Notes: a model not told the origin generated them from the sequence alone. DNA of 64,000 bases from Candidatus Fermentithermobacillaceae bacterium (GCA_014896535.1 JADBKE010000008.1:118438-182437), one strand, 5' to 3'. Numbered from the stretch's first letter, positions 10,487-21,750 are shown. Numbers and translations: made by a program.

Positions 10487-10783
10487 ACTTTCAACCTCCC
10501 GTCCAAGCCAAAATAAAGAGCGCATAGCGCGCTACCTCAAAACCCCGTTCCTCCCTTTAAGGCCCACAGGGTCACCGTAGGACCCCCGGTTTTCTTCTTC
10601 GCCGGCCGTCCGTTTACCTGCCCGCTACCGGCTCTTGCCGCGACCGGCGATGGCCCAGCACACCTCGACTTTCCCCCGGCGAAATCCGTACATGAAACCG
10701 TAGAGGTTTACCGTGGCGCAACTGTGGCTTGGAACGAGAAGCGCTTTGTAGCCGAGAGCGGGGCCCCGGAAAACCCCGGCCCG

Positions 10784-11758
10784 TTACGTATAAAAGACCA
10801 CCACATCCCCGTCCTGAAGCACGTGATCTCTTGGCACCATCTGCCCCCGGAACATCCCGGAACCCCAAACCCGCGCGTAAGCCAGATTCGCGGCAATTTC
10901 CTTGTGTATCTCTTCCGCCGCCTCGAGAACGGTCGTACCGGCGTCCAGAACAAAGGGATTCGAAAAGTCGGGCTTTTTACCCGGTGGATGCGTGTACACC
11001 CGGATCTTCCCGAGGAGATCGAAAAACATGGCTTTCGCCAGGGTTTCCAATCCTTCACCGGTCAAAGCCGAAACGGGAATGACGTCGAGCCTTCCCGCGA
11101 GGAACTCCTTCAAAAGATCGAGCCTATCGTGAGCTCCTTCCGCATCAACCTTGTTGGCCGCCACGAGGGACCGCTTCTCCCTGAAGGTTGTCTCGCCGGA
11201 TTTCACCAGTACAACTCCGTTTTCCCGGGCAAATTCCAGTACCTCTTGAGTTTCAGACAGGACATCGTCGTTGCTGAGATCCACCACGAGCAAGAGCGCA
11301 TCGGCCGACCGCATCACCGCCCACATCCAGGGCTGCGCGGTATCCCTGGTCAACGGAGGCATGTCCACCAATTGAATCTGCACGTTTTCCCACCGGACCA
11401 TGCCCGGAAGAGGGAGCCTGGTCGTGAAGGGATAGGGCGCTATCTCGGGCTGGGCTCTGGTCATCGCCGCCAGGAGCTGCGACTTGCCCGAGTTCGGCGG
11501 GCCGATCATGACCACCTGGCCTGCTCCTTCCCTCTCAATGCGAAAGATGTCACGGCGCCTCGGACCGCGATCCTTCTGCATTTCCCGCTTGAGCTGGGCA
11601 ATGCGCCGCTTGATGTCCGCCTGCATTTTTTCGGTGCCCTTGTGCTTCGGAATAGTGGCGAGCATCTCTTCAAGGGCCAAAAGCCTCTCTTCGTCGGTGG
11701 TGGCCTGGCGATAGCGCTCTTCCGCCTTCAGATATTCGGGGCCGAGATTGGCAGGCAT
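10784..11758 (-). CDS. DRG/Obg-family GTPase with C-terminal TGS domain (archaeal-like MPANL subfamily)
   Basis: MPANL...PKHKGTEK N-terminus, G1 GPPNSGKS, G2 YPFTT, G3 DMPP, G4 NKVD, G5 SALTG, TGS-like IRVYT...ARVWG...DHVLQDGDVV. Confidence 0.88.
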   Translation of the reverse strand: MPANLGPEYLKAEERYRQATTDEERLLALEEMLATIPKHKGTEKMQADIKRRIAQLKREMQKDRGPRRRDIFRIEREGAGQVVMIGPPNSGKSQLLAAMTRAQPEIAPYPFTTRLPLPGMVRWENVQIQLVDMPPLTRDTAQPWMWAVMRSADALLLVVDLSNDDVLSETQEVLEFARENGVVLVKSGETTFREKRSLVAANKVDAEGAHDRLDLLKEFLAGRLDVIPVSALTGEGLETLAKAMFFDLLGKIRVYTHPPGKKPDFSNPFVLDAGTTVLEAAEEIHKEIAANLAYARVWGSGMFRGQMVPRDHVLQDGDVVVFYT

Positions 11759-11957
11759 CCGTGCGCACCCCCTCTAATTTGTATTTTAGGCGATCTAGCC
11801 CGAGCATCCTCCCGGAGCGGCAGTCACCCGGCATCGCTTTACGGTCGCGCTCAGGGTAGAGCCGCACCGGGAGCACCCTCCGCCAGAGGCATCAACCGGT
11901 CTTCCGGTCGTTACACTAATTCCAGGACAGCCCATCCGAATCGGGCGAAGGAGGAAG

Positions 11958-12545
11958 GTGAGGACTCAAGTGAACTTGCCTCCTCTACCCGCGACGGACT
12001 GGTGGGGTTGGTTTTTGACCGGGGTCGGCTTTTTCTTCGTCGCCGCCGGCGTGCCCGTGTCCTCCCTGGCTCTGTTCGCCGTCGCCGTAAGCCTGTCGCA
12101 CCACGCGGGTCTCACGTGGCAAGAAGCGGCGGCCTTCACGGGGACCGCCACGGTAGCGGGGCACGTTGCTTCCTATTACGCGTTCCGGTGGATAGGCCAA
12201 CGCGCTGGCAACTTTCTGGGGAAGTTTTGGCCTGGTTTTCCGGTTCTCATCCGCAAAGCCCAGCTATATCTCGAGCGGGGGTGGCCTCTGGCACTCGTCC
12301 TGAGGTGGGTGGGCACCGGTTACACTCAAGTGTTCTGGCTCATGGGGATGAGTCGCAGAGCCTGGTATCCCGTTATATGCGTTTTCTTGGCCAACGACTA
12401 TGCGTGGGCGGCTTTCTGGTGTGCACTGGTAGCCTACGCCGTAGCCAGGGTACCCGTCCTCCAGAATTACCTTCTGTTAGGCGGCCTCTTGCTCCTGGCG
12501 GGAAGTGCAGGCGCAATACTCCTCGCTCGCGCAAGGCGCGCATAA
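11958..12545 (+). CDS. DedA/VTT-family membrane protein
   Basis: Hydrophobic 195 aa; GVPVSS...AGHVASYYAFRWIG...LVLRWVG...LMGMSR pattern of DedA proteins; GGAGG RBS. Confidence 0.65.
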   Translation: MRTQVNLPPLPATDWWGWFLTGVGFFFVAAGVPVSSLALFAVAVSLSHHAGLTWQEAAAFTGTATVAGHVASYYAFRWIGQRAGNFLGKFWPGFPVLIRKAQLYLERGWPLALVLRWVGTGYTQVFWLMGMSRRAWYPVICVFLANDYAWAAFWCALVAYAVARVPVLQNYLLLGGLLLLAGSAGAILLARARRA

Positions 12546-12553
12546 GGGATGGG

Positions 12554-15500
12554 TCATTCTGCCAGGCTCTTGAACACCTGCTCCAAGAATTCCCTGAAGG
12601 GCACATCTCTCTCTTCCCGAGCTTGCAGGAACACCAGTCTGGCCCTGGTCACCGGCCTGCGGAGGATGGTTTCGGCAGCAAGAGCGTACCAGCTCACCTG
12701 GGGGGTGTAAAGCTCCACGAGGGCGTCAGTGCTTTCCCGGGAAGCCCTGTCCGTCTTGTAGTCGATTATCTCGAGCCCCTCGTCCCCCACCACCAGGACA
12801 TCTATGGTTCCCTGCACCACCACGTAATCGGAACCGTCAAGAGTGCCGGTGGAATCCGGCGGGCTTTTCGAAAACAGGGCCGCGGGAAGCCGGAGGGTAA
12901 ACGGAACTTCCCTCTTCACCTTGTCCCGGCGCTCCCTGATGAAGCGACCGACCGGAGAACGGAAAAAGTCGAGCAGCATAGCGGTATCGATGAAGGAAGC
13001 CTCGTCCGCGGTGAGAATCCCTATCTCTACAAGCCGTTGGATTTCCGACGACAGAGTCGATTCGTCCTGTTCTACTCCGAGGTTTATGTGAGCTAACAAC
13101 CGGTGCACGGCGATACCGCGCATAACTGCGGGTGCCTCACGGTCGGAATCCCCGGGTCCGCGTGGCAAGGAGAAAGGTGCAGCGACACTTCGCACCCACG
13201 CATCCTCATCTTCGGAGTCCAGACGCGCCTGGAGTTCTCCCACGGTTATCTTCCCTGGAATTTCCGTTAGGTGTCTGAACGGATATCTCCACTCCATACG
13301 GCGTGCGACTTCACCAAGGATATCCGCATCTGGCGGCGACTGGGGCAGCTCCAGCCGCGTGAGCGTCTCCCATGCGATTTCCGGCGCCGTTCCACCCTCC
13401 CCCTCAGCGATGGAATGGCCGGGTAAGGGGTAGCGGCCCCCTCCCCAGAGCTGCACCTTGAAGAGGGGCGGTTGCAAAACGGCAGGGGCATCGGCACCGG
13501 GGGACGCTACCGCTCCTGCCCCGACCAGGAACTCCCTTTTACCCCCGGCCAGGTGCCGGCGATCGAAACCACCGCATCCCAGGACACAGGGAACCAGCCA
13601 GTCCAGGTAGGTGCCTGCCGACGCTACGCTCGATGCGGAAATTCCCCCTTCCACCCAGCGTTGGAGGTTTCCCGCCAGATCCCTGGTAGAACCCACCAGG
13701 AACAGTTTCTCCCTGGCTCTGGTCATGGCCACGTAGAGGATGCGCATTTCCTCAGCCATCGACTCCCGAACGATGGCACCCGAGAGCGCCGCGTGCGCGA
13801 GAGTGGGATACTTTACGCCCGCTTCCGCATCCACGATCACCGGACCGAGCCCGAGTTTTCGATGGTAGAGCACGTCCTGTCTTATATCCTTGAAATCAAA
13901 CCGCCTTCCGAGGTCCATCACAAAAACCACGGGAAACTCCAAACCTTTAGCTTTGTGCACGGACAGTACCCTGACCACATCCTCCTGCTCCCCCAGGGCT
14001 CGCGCCTGCCCCAAGTCCCCCTGGGATTCCTCCAGACGCCGGATAAATCTGAGAAAGCGGAACAGCCCCCGCCTGCGGAAGGAGTCAAATTCTCGTGCGC
14101 GTTCACACAGGGCAAGCAGGTTCGCCCTCCTCTGCGCGCCACCGGGCATTCCGCCCACGTAATCCAGATACCCGGTTTCCGACAAAAGCTTCCAGATCAA
14201 ATCCGCAAGCGGCATGCGCCTGGCCATGGTGCGCCACCTATCCAGGTCTTCGAGGAAAGCTCGGAGTTTACCGGACAAGTTACCGAGTTCAGGCGCAAAC
14301 GCTGCCTTCTGAACGGCGTAAAAGAAACGACCCTCCGGCTGGGTCAGACGGATTCTAGCCAGGTCTTCTCCGTCCAGGCCGACTATGGGCGAGCGGAGAA
14401 CGGAGGCGAGCGGGATATCCTGAAGAGGGTTGTCTATTATGCTCAGGAGCGAAAGGACCACTTCCACCTCGCGGGCGGCGAAATACCCGGTCTCCACGTC
14501 GGCGTAAACCGGAATGCCCGCCCGTCGCAAGATTCCCAGGACGGCCTCGCAACGGTTCCTCGTCGCCCTCATGAGGATGACGATATCCCGGAAACGGCAG
14601 GGACGATAATCTCCCAGGCTCTCATCCCATATGCCCGGTCCCATCGGTGATGTGAGCTCCCGGATTTTGGTCGCAACGACCAGCGCTTCTTTCTCCAGCG
14701 CTTCCAGGTCCTCGACCTCGAAATCTTCGGGATCTTCATCTTCCCCGCCGGCCGAGTTCGGCTCTTCCCCGGCATTTTCCCCCGCTCCCCGTTCTAAACC
14801 TGAACTCTCCACGAGGTCGCGCTCGATCAGGTGAAGCTCCACCGGGGCTGCGTCTTGATGGTTCGCGTCACCCGGGTTAACCGAGGGAGCTTGCTGGGCG
14901 CGACCCGTACGCAGCTCTTCTTCGGCGCCGTAACCCATCCCGGTGACCTCTTCCAGCATTATCCTGCGAAATACGAAGTTCACGGCGTCCAGGATCTCTC
15001 TGCGGCTCCTGAAATTTGCGGTCAACGTCACCAGGAGCTCAGATCCCCCGGGCGCAAGCGCTCGGGGGAAGCTCCTGTACTTCGAAAGGAATATCCCCGG
15101 TTCCGCCAGGCGAAAAGCGTAGATGCTCTGACGGTAGTCGCCAACCATGAAGAGCTTCCGGTCCGGCGACCCAGACGCGAGCAACTGGATGATGGCATCC
15201 TGGATCGGGTTGATGTCCTGGTATTCGTCGACGAAGATTTCCCTGTACCTGGACCGAACCACCTCACCTTCGGGCTCGGAACGGAGAAGTTCGAGACAGT
15301 ATCGTTCGAGGTCCGAAAAATCCAGGCCCTGCCTTCGGGATTTGGCCTCCCGGTATCTTCGGTCGAATTCCACCACGAGACCGACGAGAGCTCTCACGAG
15401 CGGAGCGACGAGTTCGAGCTCGCCCTTCAGGTCGCAGGACGGTCTCGAAAGAACCGAGTTCTTCAAAGACCTGATGAGGGCTTTGGCCCTATCCCTGTGG

Positions 15501-16477
15501 CGCTTGACCCGCTCGGCCGCATCTGCGGAGACGCCATCCCCTCTAGACCTGCGGGGAAGAGCGCAAAACTCGAAGGCATTCAGGGCGGCGACCACATCAT
15601 CCCAGGGGCGGGTCTCGAGCGTCTCCAGGAGCTTTTTGAGGTTTCCCAGGTCATCTCTCAAGACATCCACGTACACCGCAGGTCCATCTGGCTTCTCCGC
15701 CTCCGAAAGGGCCCGGGAAACCAGCTCTAAAGCGGTTTTCACCTCGAAGATCGCCTGCTCGATTACGGATTTGCCCCACACAGTGTTCCGGAGTTCCTGT
15801 TCCCGCGCAACCTCGAACATCCGCGAGGCGTTATTCAGCCAGTCTTCGGAGTCGGGCAAAGACGTGATGAAGCCATGCAGGCGCAGGATGAGGGAGGAGA
15901 GGGATTCGTCTCCGCCTTTGCCTCCGTACCATTCCACCAGCTTCAAAAAGTCTCCGGCGCTCTCCCCGTTCTTCATGTCGCGCTCGGGAAGAGATTCTCC
16001 GGTCTCCACACCCGGCAGCCTCAACGGCAGAGCGGCATACCGGTCTTCCAGAAGCTCTTCCATTACGTCAGCTTTAATGAGCTCCGCTTCGTATTCGTCA
16101 AGCACGACGAAGGCCGGGTCAAGGCCGAGCTTGTGAAAGTACTGGCGAATGGTCCTCAGGCAGAAGGAGTGAAGAGTGGAGATGTCGGCCCGGTCGAGGA
16201 GCAAGAGCTGCCGGCGAAGCCTTTCGTCGCCAGGGTGTCGGGCGACGTGCTCTTCCAGCGCTTTTCGGATGCGGGATTTCATCTCCTCCGCAGCGGCTTC
16301 GGTGAAGGTTACCGCCAGGATCTCGCCGACGTCCAGAGGGTCTTCCCGGTCCGTAAGTCTTCTCAAAACCCTCTCCACCAGCACGGCGGTTTTGCCGCTG
16401 CCCGCAGCGGCGGAGACCAGAAGGCTCTTGGGTCGCATCGCTATCGCCCGCTCCTGCTCGTCGGTAAAACGCATCAT
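12554..16477 (-). CDS. addA: ATP-dependent helicase/nuclease subunit A
   Basis: FTDEQERAI, VSAAAGSGKT, VTFTEAAAEEM, VDEYQDIN, VGDYRQSIYAFR, SVHKAKGLEF, LYVAMTRA, nuclease QGTID..IIDYKT. True start ATG 16477 overlaps the addB stop (ATGA). Confidence 0.95.
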   Translation of the reverse strand: MMRFTDEQERAIAMRPKSLLVSAAAGSGKTAVLVERVLRRLTDREDPLDVGEILAVTFTEAAAEEMKSRIRKALEEHVARHPGDERLRRQLLLLDRADISTLHSFCLRTIRQYFHKLGLDPAFVVLDEYEAELIKADVMEELLEDRYAALPLRLPGVETGESLPERDMKNGESAGDFLKLVEWYGGKGGDESLSSLILRLHGFITSLPDSEDWLNNASRMFEVAREQELRNTVWGKSVIEQAIFEVKTALELVSRALSEAEKPDGPAVYVDVLRDDLGNLKKLLETLETRPWDDVVAALNAFEFCALPRRSRGDGVSADAAERVKRHRDRAKALIRSLKNSVLSRPSCDLKGELELVAPLVRALVGLVVEFDRRYREAKSRRQGLDFSDLERYCLELLRSEPEGEVVRSRYREIFVDEYQDINPIQDAIIQLLASGSPDRKLFMVGDYRQSIYAFRLAEPGIFLSKYRSFPRALAPGGSELLVTLTANFRSRREILDAVNFVFRRIMLEEVTGMGYGAEEELRTGRAQQAPSVNPGDANHQDAAPVELHLIERDLVESSGLERGAGENAGEEPNSAGGEDEDPEDFEVEDLEALEKEALVVATKIRELTSPMGPGIWDESLGDYRPCRFRDIVILMRATRNRCEAVLGILRRAGIPVYADVETGYFAAREVEVVLSLLSIIDNPLQDIPLASVLRSPIVGLDGEDLARIRLTQPEGRFFYAVQKAAFAPELGNLSGKLRAFLEDLDRWRTMARRMPLADLIWKLLSETGYLDYVGGMPGGAQRRANLLALCERAREFDSFRRRGLFRFLRFIRRLEESQGDLGQARALGEQEDVVRVLSVHKAKGLEFPVVFVMDLGRRFDFKDIRQDVLYHRKLGLGPVIVDAEAGVKYPTLAHAALSGAIVRESMAEEMRILYVAMTRAREKLFLVGSTRDLAGNLQRWVEGGISASSVASAGTYLDWLVPCVLGCGGFDRRHLAGGKREFLVGAGAVASPGADAPAVLQPPLFKVQLWGGGRYPLPGHSIAEGEGGTAPEIAWETLTRLELPQSPPDADILGEVARRMEWRYPFRHLTEIPGKITVGELQARLDSEDEDAWVRSVAAPFSLPRGPGDSDREAPAVMRGIAVHRLLAHINLGVEQDESTLSSEIQRLVEIGILTADEASFIDTAMLLDFFRSPVGRFIRERRDKVKREVPFTLRLPAALFSKSPPDSTGTLDGSDYVVVQGTIDVLVVGDEGLEIIDYKTDRASRESTDALVELYTPQVSWYALAAETILRRPVTRARLVFLQAREERDVPFREFLEQVFKSLAE

Positions 16478-19400
16478 CTCTGCCTCCTCTCTCCGACCGC
16501 GCGCCGGATCAGTTCGAGAGCTTCCGTCTCGGACAGCCCCCCGACCTTGCGATAGGTGTTCCCCGGAAGGAGTATGTCGAAGGTGCAGACGGCCCCGTAA
16601 GGACAGTGCTGGCAGGCCCGCTCCGTCTTTCGCCGGTAGGGTGCGATGGAAATGTCCCCGTCGATGATCCCGCACCCTAACTCCCTGATCTTTTCCTCGA
16701 CGAACTCCAGGAGGACGTCCATATCCTCTTGAGCCACCACGGAGCCGGACACTCCTCCTGACTTGGAGTAACGAAGGGGCAGAATCGGGGACCATCCGAT
16801 ATTTCGTTCCCTTTCCATGAGGCTGACGACGTCGGGATCGCTCACCACAAGCCCTTTCATCTTGCGATTCTTGAGGGCCGGCGAAGTAGAGGGATCCCCA
16901 GCCGGCGGCGCCTTCGTCCGCCTCGGCGGACTCATGATCGGAAAATAAAACGCTCCGGCCGGAATAGCCCGAGCCTCCGGAGCCGGGTTCCCTGTGAAAA
17001 GGCACGTCGAACCCCACCTTGCAGCCACCACGAGGTAAACCAGCAGCTGGAGGGAAAGACCGTAGAGCACATCTCCGATCTTCAGGTCCATGCCGCCCGA
17101 CTTGTAGTCCACTACCCGGACGTACCGGCCAGTCTCGCCCTCGGCTACGTCAATTCTGTCGATTATACCCCTGAGTTTCAGCACCTCACCGTCCCGCAGG
17201 GGAATCTCCAGCCCCTCCGCTCCGTCCTCGAATCCGAAACGCAGTTCCGCAGCGATCGGCCTGAATGCGCCCCGGCCTATGTGTTCGACAAGGGTCCCCG
17301 CGGCTTTAACCGCAGCTTCTTCGAGCACGGTTGAAACGTAGCGATATCTTGAAGAGCTTCTGAAAATCTCGCTTTCCGGCCTTTCCAGGACCCGGGAAAA
17401 CACTTCCCTGGCCAGGCGCTCCGCCTCTTCCCGGGTGAGTTCGGACCACTTCAGGCCCTTCGCCGCGACGGCCTCCACCAGTTCCTTCAGGGCGAGGTGA
17501 AGCAGGGTGCCCGCCTTGGCCGGTTCCAGAACGAAGATCTCCCGTTCTTCGAGCCCAAGACCGTCCGCGGCGAAGTGGTAAAACGGGCAGCGGGAATACC
17601 GCTCGAGCCTAGACACACTCGTCACAATGGGGCTTCCGTAGAGTCTGCGGGCGATTTCCTTCGACAGCTTCCCAGGGTTGTTGGAGTACGCGAGTGACCT
17701 CAACACCTTCAGAGCTTCTTCCCTGCGCGGTCCCGAGAGAAACCAGCGGTAAACTTCCACCCAAACTTTACCGCAAGAAAACCCTTCCCTCACGCCCGAA
17801 AGTCTCCGGACCAGAGTCCCGAGGGCTCTGCCGGGCACAACCCAATCGAGATCCCGCGAGACTTCGCCGGGGGGCTCGGAACCCTCGTACCGTTCCTCCT
17901 TTTGCGGAAACAGCCGCTTTATCTCCAGCACAATGCTGGAGGGAGAAAGCGCCCTCCCTTCGCTGTCGCCGAGGGGACAGGATATCCACAACCGCCGGGA
18001 GGCTCTGGTCAGGGCTATGTAGCACAAATACCTCTCAAAAAGCTGCTTCTCTCTGGAAGAAAGGTCGATTTCCAGACCCGCAGCGGCGATCTCGTCTCGC
18101 TCCCGGTCGGAAAACACCGGATCGTCTTCGTGCTTTCGGGGAAACGCACCTTGGAACGCGCCGAGAAGGAACGTGGCTTTCGGTTCGGGCTGACGCGACC
18201 TCTCCACCGAGCCGACGAGCACCTGGTCAACGGCAGGCGGGATAAGACCGATCCTCAGGTCTTCGAGGCCGGCCAGAACGACCGAGGAATATTCTTCCAC
18301 GGGCACAACTTGGTCGCCAAGGATCTCCTGGGCCTGGGACAGGACCTCCAAAACCCCCGCCCACACTCGCGAATGGTACATGGCTTCTTCCGGATCCTGC
18401 GCCTTCAGGGCCTGGTCTCGCCAGCGCTCCAGCGTCGGGGCCACCTCCAGATCGCGCAAGAGTTCGACCAGGGCCCAAGACAGATACCGGGCGGTAACCC
18501 CCGACCGCTGGGATTCGACCCTCTCGCAAAATCGCCGGAGCTCGGCGATGGCCCTGTTCTTGACCGGCTCTAGAGCATCCCACGGACGTCCCGAAAACCA
18601 TGAGCTTCCCTTGATGCCCCGGGCCAGTACGTAGTTTTCGATGGCGTCGACATCGCCTCTTGACACCGGGACGAGGTCGTTTTTTAGATACGAAAGCACC
18701 GCATCAGAAGCCCAACCGGAGACTAGGACATCCAGAGCGGACCTCACCAGCTCCACCAGGGGGTGATGAGTCGCCGGTCGTTTTTCGTCGATGAAGAAGG
18801 GAATTCCGTAGTCGCGGAAGACCGTCCTGATGATATCGCCGTAAGCGATCCCGCCGTTATCCTGGAGATCTCTGAGTTCGACGCTGATGTCGCCGAAACG
18901 ATATCCTTCGTCTCTCACCATTCTGATGATTTCCCTGGCGCAAGCTTCCACCTCGGCTCTGGGGTTCGATGCCCGCACGAGGATGATACCGCCTGTGGCC
19001 CCGGATGAGCCGCCGGCCTGCTCGTCCCGGGCAGGCCCGCGCGAGACGGTGGCTCCCTCGTCCCCCGCGCTTTGAGGCTTATAGCCCGAGTCCCCTTCAC
19101 CGACGCCGGAAGTCGGCACCGGTTCCCCAAGGCGCGGCCCCGGAACGGTGGATTCGACCACACACACTTCCGGATAGTCGCGAGATCTGAGCCAGCGTTC
19201 GAGCACGGAGAGCTCCGGAGAACCGCTAAACCGCGGAGGCGTTGCCGCCAGGCGTTCGGCGCTCATCGACTCCAAGAGCGCATCTCGCACCAGACCCGAT
19301 ACCTTGACCATGGTACGACTTCGCCGGCCGAGCGGAGAAACTACCTGGGCTTCCTCCGGCCCAGCGCAGGGTACGCCGGGCAGTGGTCCTCCCCTGGGCA

Positions 19401-20220
19401 GTCCCACTGCGGTTACCTGCTCCACACCCATTTGTTCGGCCATATCCCTGAGCTTTTCCAGGACGCGCCTGATCGGGTGAAACAGCCTGGTCTCATCGGG
19501 CTCGAGGAGAAGTTCAGCCGGATCCATGCACAGAGCGACGTTTACTTCTCGGGATACTTCCAGCAAGGCCCGAAGAACTTCATATTCTTTGGGGGTAAAA
19601 CCGGAAAACCCGTCCACCCATACCCGCGCATCTCGTACAAAGGACTCGGGGAGCTTTCGGGCCAGCATCGAGAGGTAGTCGTCGGGATCGGTAAACCGTC
19701 CCTCGATAAACTTCAGGTACTCGTCGTATATCAGGGCGATGTCTTTGAGCTTGAGCGAAAGGAGTGAGCCTGTAGACTCCCCTTCCACGAGCCGGGCTGT
19801 CCGCTCCAGAGCTTCCGGAGGAACGTTCCAGGAGATGAGCTCGTGGATCGCCCGGGACAGAACCCTGGCAAATCCCGGACGTCCCGGTCCTACCGAGAAA
19901 AAGCGCAGGTCTTGTCCTCGTCGCCACAGTATGGACTGAACGGCCATCGTCTTCCCGGTTGCGGTGATAAACGTAGCTCCCCTGCCACCTGCCTCATCCA
20001 GGACCCTCCAGGCAAGTCGCCGGAAGCTCACCACATGAAGGCGCATGAACCCCGGAACTTTCTCCAAGACCGCCCTTTCCGTCTGGAAAGTCATCTGATC
20101 GGGGACGAGAAAGATGAGAGGAGGACCCTCCGGCGAACGCCGGAGCTCCTCCTCTATCTGGTCCAGGCAGTACCTGGTCTTTCCGGAACCGGCGGGTCCC
20201 AGAATGAAGGTGAGTTTCAT
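16474..20220 (-). CDS. addB: ATP-dependent helicase/nuclease subunit B
   Basis: GPAGSGKT, LVPDQMTF, VDGFSGFTP, Fe-S cysteines (SVSRLERYSRCPF; CQHCPYGAVC), nuclease RGIIDRID/VVDYKS/LQLLVY. Confidence 0.95.
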   Translation of the reverse strand: MKLTFILGPAGSGKTRYCLDQIEEELRRSPEGPPLIFLVPDQMTFQTERAVLEKVPGFMRLHVVSFRRLAWRVLDEAGGRGATFITATGKTMAVQSILWRRGQDLRFFSVGPGRPGFARVLSRAIHELISWNVPPEALERTARLVEGESTGSLLSLKLKDIALIYDEYLKFIEGRFTDPDDYLSMLARKLPESFVRDARVWVDGFSGFTPKEYEVLRALLEVSREVNVALCMDPAELLLEPDETRLFHPIRRVLEKLRDMAEQMGVEQVTAVGLPRGGPLPGVPCAGPEEAQVVSPLGRRSRTMVKVSGLVRDALLESMSAERLAATPPRFSGSPELSVLERWLRSRDYPEVCVVESTVPGPRLGEPVPTSGVGEGDSGYKPQSAGDEGATVSRGPARDEQAGGSSGATGGIILVRASNPRAEVEACAREIIRMVRDEGYRFGDISVELRDLQDNGGIAYGDIIRTVFRDYGIPFFIDEKRPATHHPLVELVRSALDVLVSGWASDAVLSYLKNDLVPVSRGDVDAIENYVLARGIKGSSWFSGRPWDALEPVKNRAIAELRRFCERVESQRSGVTARYLSWALVELLRDLEVAPTLERWRDQALKAQDPEEAMYHSRVWAGVLEVLSQAQEILGDQVVPVEEYSSVVLAGLEDLRIGLIPPAVDQVLVGSVERSRQPEPKATFLLGAFQGAFPRKHEDDPVFSDRERDEIAAAGLEIDLSSREKQLFERYLCYIALTRASRRLWISCPLGDSEGRALSPSSIVLEIKRLFPQKEERYEGSEPPGEVSRDLDWVVPGRALGTLVRRLSGVREGFSCGKVWVEVYRWFLSGPRREEALKVLRSLAYSNNPGKLSKEIARRLYGSPIVTSVSRLERYSRCPFYHFAADGLGLEEREIFVLEPAKAGTLLHLALKELVEAVAAKGLKWSELTREEAERLAREVFSRVLERPESEIFRSSSRYRYVSTVLEEAAVKAAGTLVEHIGRGAFRPIAAELRFGFEDGAEGLEIPLRDGEVLKLRGIIDRIDVAEGETGRYVRVVDYKSGGMDLKIGDVLYGLSLQLLVYLVVAARWGSTCLFTGNPAPEARAIPAGAFYFPIMSPPRRTKAPPAGDPSTSPALKNRKMKGLVVSDPDVVSLMERERNIGWSPILPLRYSKSGGVSGSVVAQEDMDVLLEFVEEKIRELGCGIIDGDISIAPYRRKTERACQHCPYGAVCTFDILLPGNTYRKVGGLSETEALELIRRAVGERRQR

Positions 20221-20375
20221 CCTTCCCGCGCCCCTCCGGACTCATCCAGTCTGGTGGCGAATACACCCCTCACCTCGGCAGGTAGCTCGAAAAAGGGCCT
20301 CGTACCCGTATTCCCAGGACAACCGATGAGTCAACCTTTCGTCCGGGCAAGCTCCCATTTGCAGCCCACCCGGTC

Positions 20376-21098
20376 TCACAAGATCTTCGAAAGAAACGCC
20401 CTGGTCCTTTCGTGCTTGGGATTGGTGAAGAACTCCCGTGGCGGCCCTTCTTCTACGAACACTCCGTCCGCCATGAGCAGGACCCGGTCGGCCACTTCCC
20501 TGGCGAAGCCCATTTCGTGGCTGACGACCACCATGGTCATGCCCTCCTCGGCGAGTTTCCTCATCACCGCCAGGACCTCGCCGATCATTTCGGGGTCCAA
20601 CGCCGACGTGGGCTCGTCGAACAGCATCAGTTTGGGTTGCATCGCCAGGGCTCTGGCAATCGCCACCCGCTGTTTTTGACCACCTGACAGCTGGTCCGGG
20701 TAAGCATCGTATTTGTCGCTGAGCCCCACTTTGGATAAGAGAGCTTTCGCGCGGTCTCTGGCCTCGGCTCTCGGCACCTTCAACACTTTTTCCGGCGCGA
20801 GACTCACGTTTTCAAGGGCGGTGAGGTGCGGAAAGAGGTTAAACTGCTGGAACACCATGCCCACCTTTTCCCGGACCACGTTGATGTTAGTGGTCGGTGC
20901 GTCGAGATCCACCCCGTCGATGAATACATGTCCTGAGGTGGGCTTTTCCAGGTGATTGATGCACCGGAGGAAGGTACTCTTTCCGGACCCGGAAGGACCG
21001 ATGATGACCACGACCTCGCCTTTGGAAACCTCGAGACTCACTCCCTTGAGGACGTGGAGGTCCCCGAACTTCTTGTGAAGGTCCTTAACCTTGAGCAC
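20376..21098 (-). CDS. Polar amino-acid ABC importer, ATP-binding subunit (GlnQ/ArtR-like)
   Basis: [40 protein letters not shown]. Confidence 0.93.
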   Translation of the reverse strand: MLKVKDLHKKFGDLHVLKGVSLEVSKGEVVVIIGPSGSGKSTFLRCINHLEKPTSGHVFIDGVDLDAPTTNINVVREKVGMVFQQFNLFPHLTALENVSLAPEKVLKVPRAEARDRAKALLSKVGLSDKYDAYPDQLSGGQKQRVAIARALAMQPKLMLFDEPTSALDPEMIGEVLAVMRKLAEEGMTMVVVSHEMGFAREVADRVLLMADGVFVEEGPPREFFTNPKHERTRAFLSKIL

Positions 21099-21750
21099 TC
21101 TTCCCCAACCTCCTCTCGCCCCATCCCAGGATACGGCTGAAGGTGAGGGTCAGCGCCAGGTATATCAGGGCAGCTGTAAAATAAGCTTCAAACGGCCTAA
21201 AACTCCTTCCCGCCATCATCCGGGACCTCATCATCAGGTCTTCCATACCGATGACGGACACCAGGGACGATTCCTTCAAAAGAGCTATGAACTCGTTCCC
21301 CATGGGAGGGACCACCCTCCGCAGAGCTTGCGGCAGAATCACGTATCTCATCGCCTGAACGTAAGTCATTCCAAGGGATCTCGCCGCCTCCATCTGCCCC
21401 CGGTCGATGGATTCGATTCCCGCCCTCATGATCTCGGCGATGTAGGCGGTGCTGTTGAGAGTGAGGGCCAGGAGCGCATCGATGTATCCCACCGGCGTAT
21501 AACCGAATATCTGAGGAAGCCCGAAGTGGATGAGGTAAATCTGAGCGAGCAACGGAGTCCCCCGGACGAAATCGATGTACGCAACCGCAGGGTAATGAAA
21601 GATGGGATTCTTCGAAATGCGCGCAAGGGCCAGCAGTAGCCCGAGGACGCTTCCCGCCGAAAAGGCGACGACCGTGAACTCCACGGTGATCCCCACGCCC
21701 TGAAGCAGAAAGGGAAGGTATCTCGCTACTACCTCAAGGTCGAATACCAA
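21085..21750 (-). CDS. Polar amino-acid ABC importer, permease
   Basis: [22 protein letters not shown] loop [18 protein letters not shown]. Confidence 0.93.
   Translation of the reverse strand: MVFDLEVVARYLPFLLQGVGITVEFTVVAFSAGSVLGLLLALARISKNPIFHYPAVAYIDFVRGTPLLAQIYLIHFGLPQIFGYTPVGYIDALLALTLNSTAYIAEIMRAGIESIDRGQMEAARSLGMTYVQAMRYVILPQALRRVVPPMGNEFIALLKESSLVSVIGMEDLMMRSRMMAGRSFRPFEAYFTAALIYLALTLTFSRILGWGERRLGKSAQG

Noticed and set aside
10530-10780. Possible glycine or other riboswitch upstream of tdh-kbl
   Set aside because: No recognisable riboswitch or T-box consensus found by eye.
10724-13096. 790-aa plus-strand ORF
   Set aside because: Antisense or out-of-frame shadow across the GTPase, DedA and addA genes; no motifs; expected in GC-rich DNA.
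16478-17017. N-terminal 180-aa extension of AddA in the ORF track
   Set aside because: It overlaps addB; the real start is ATG 16477, with a GGAGG RBS and ATGA coupling.
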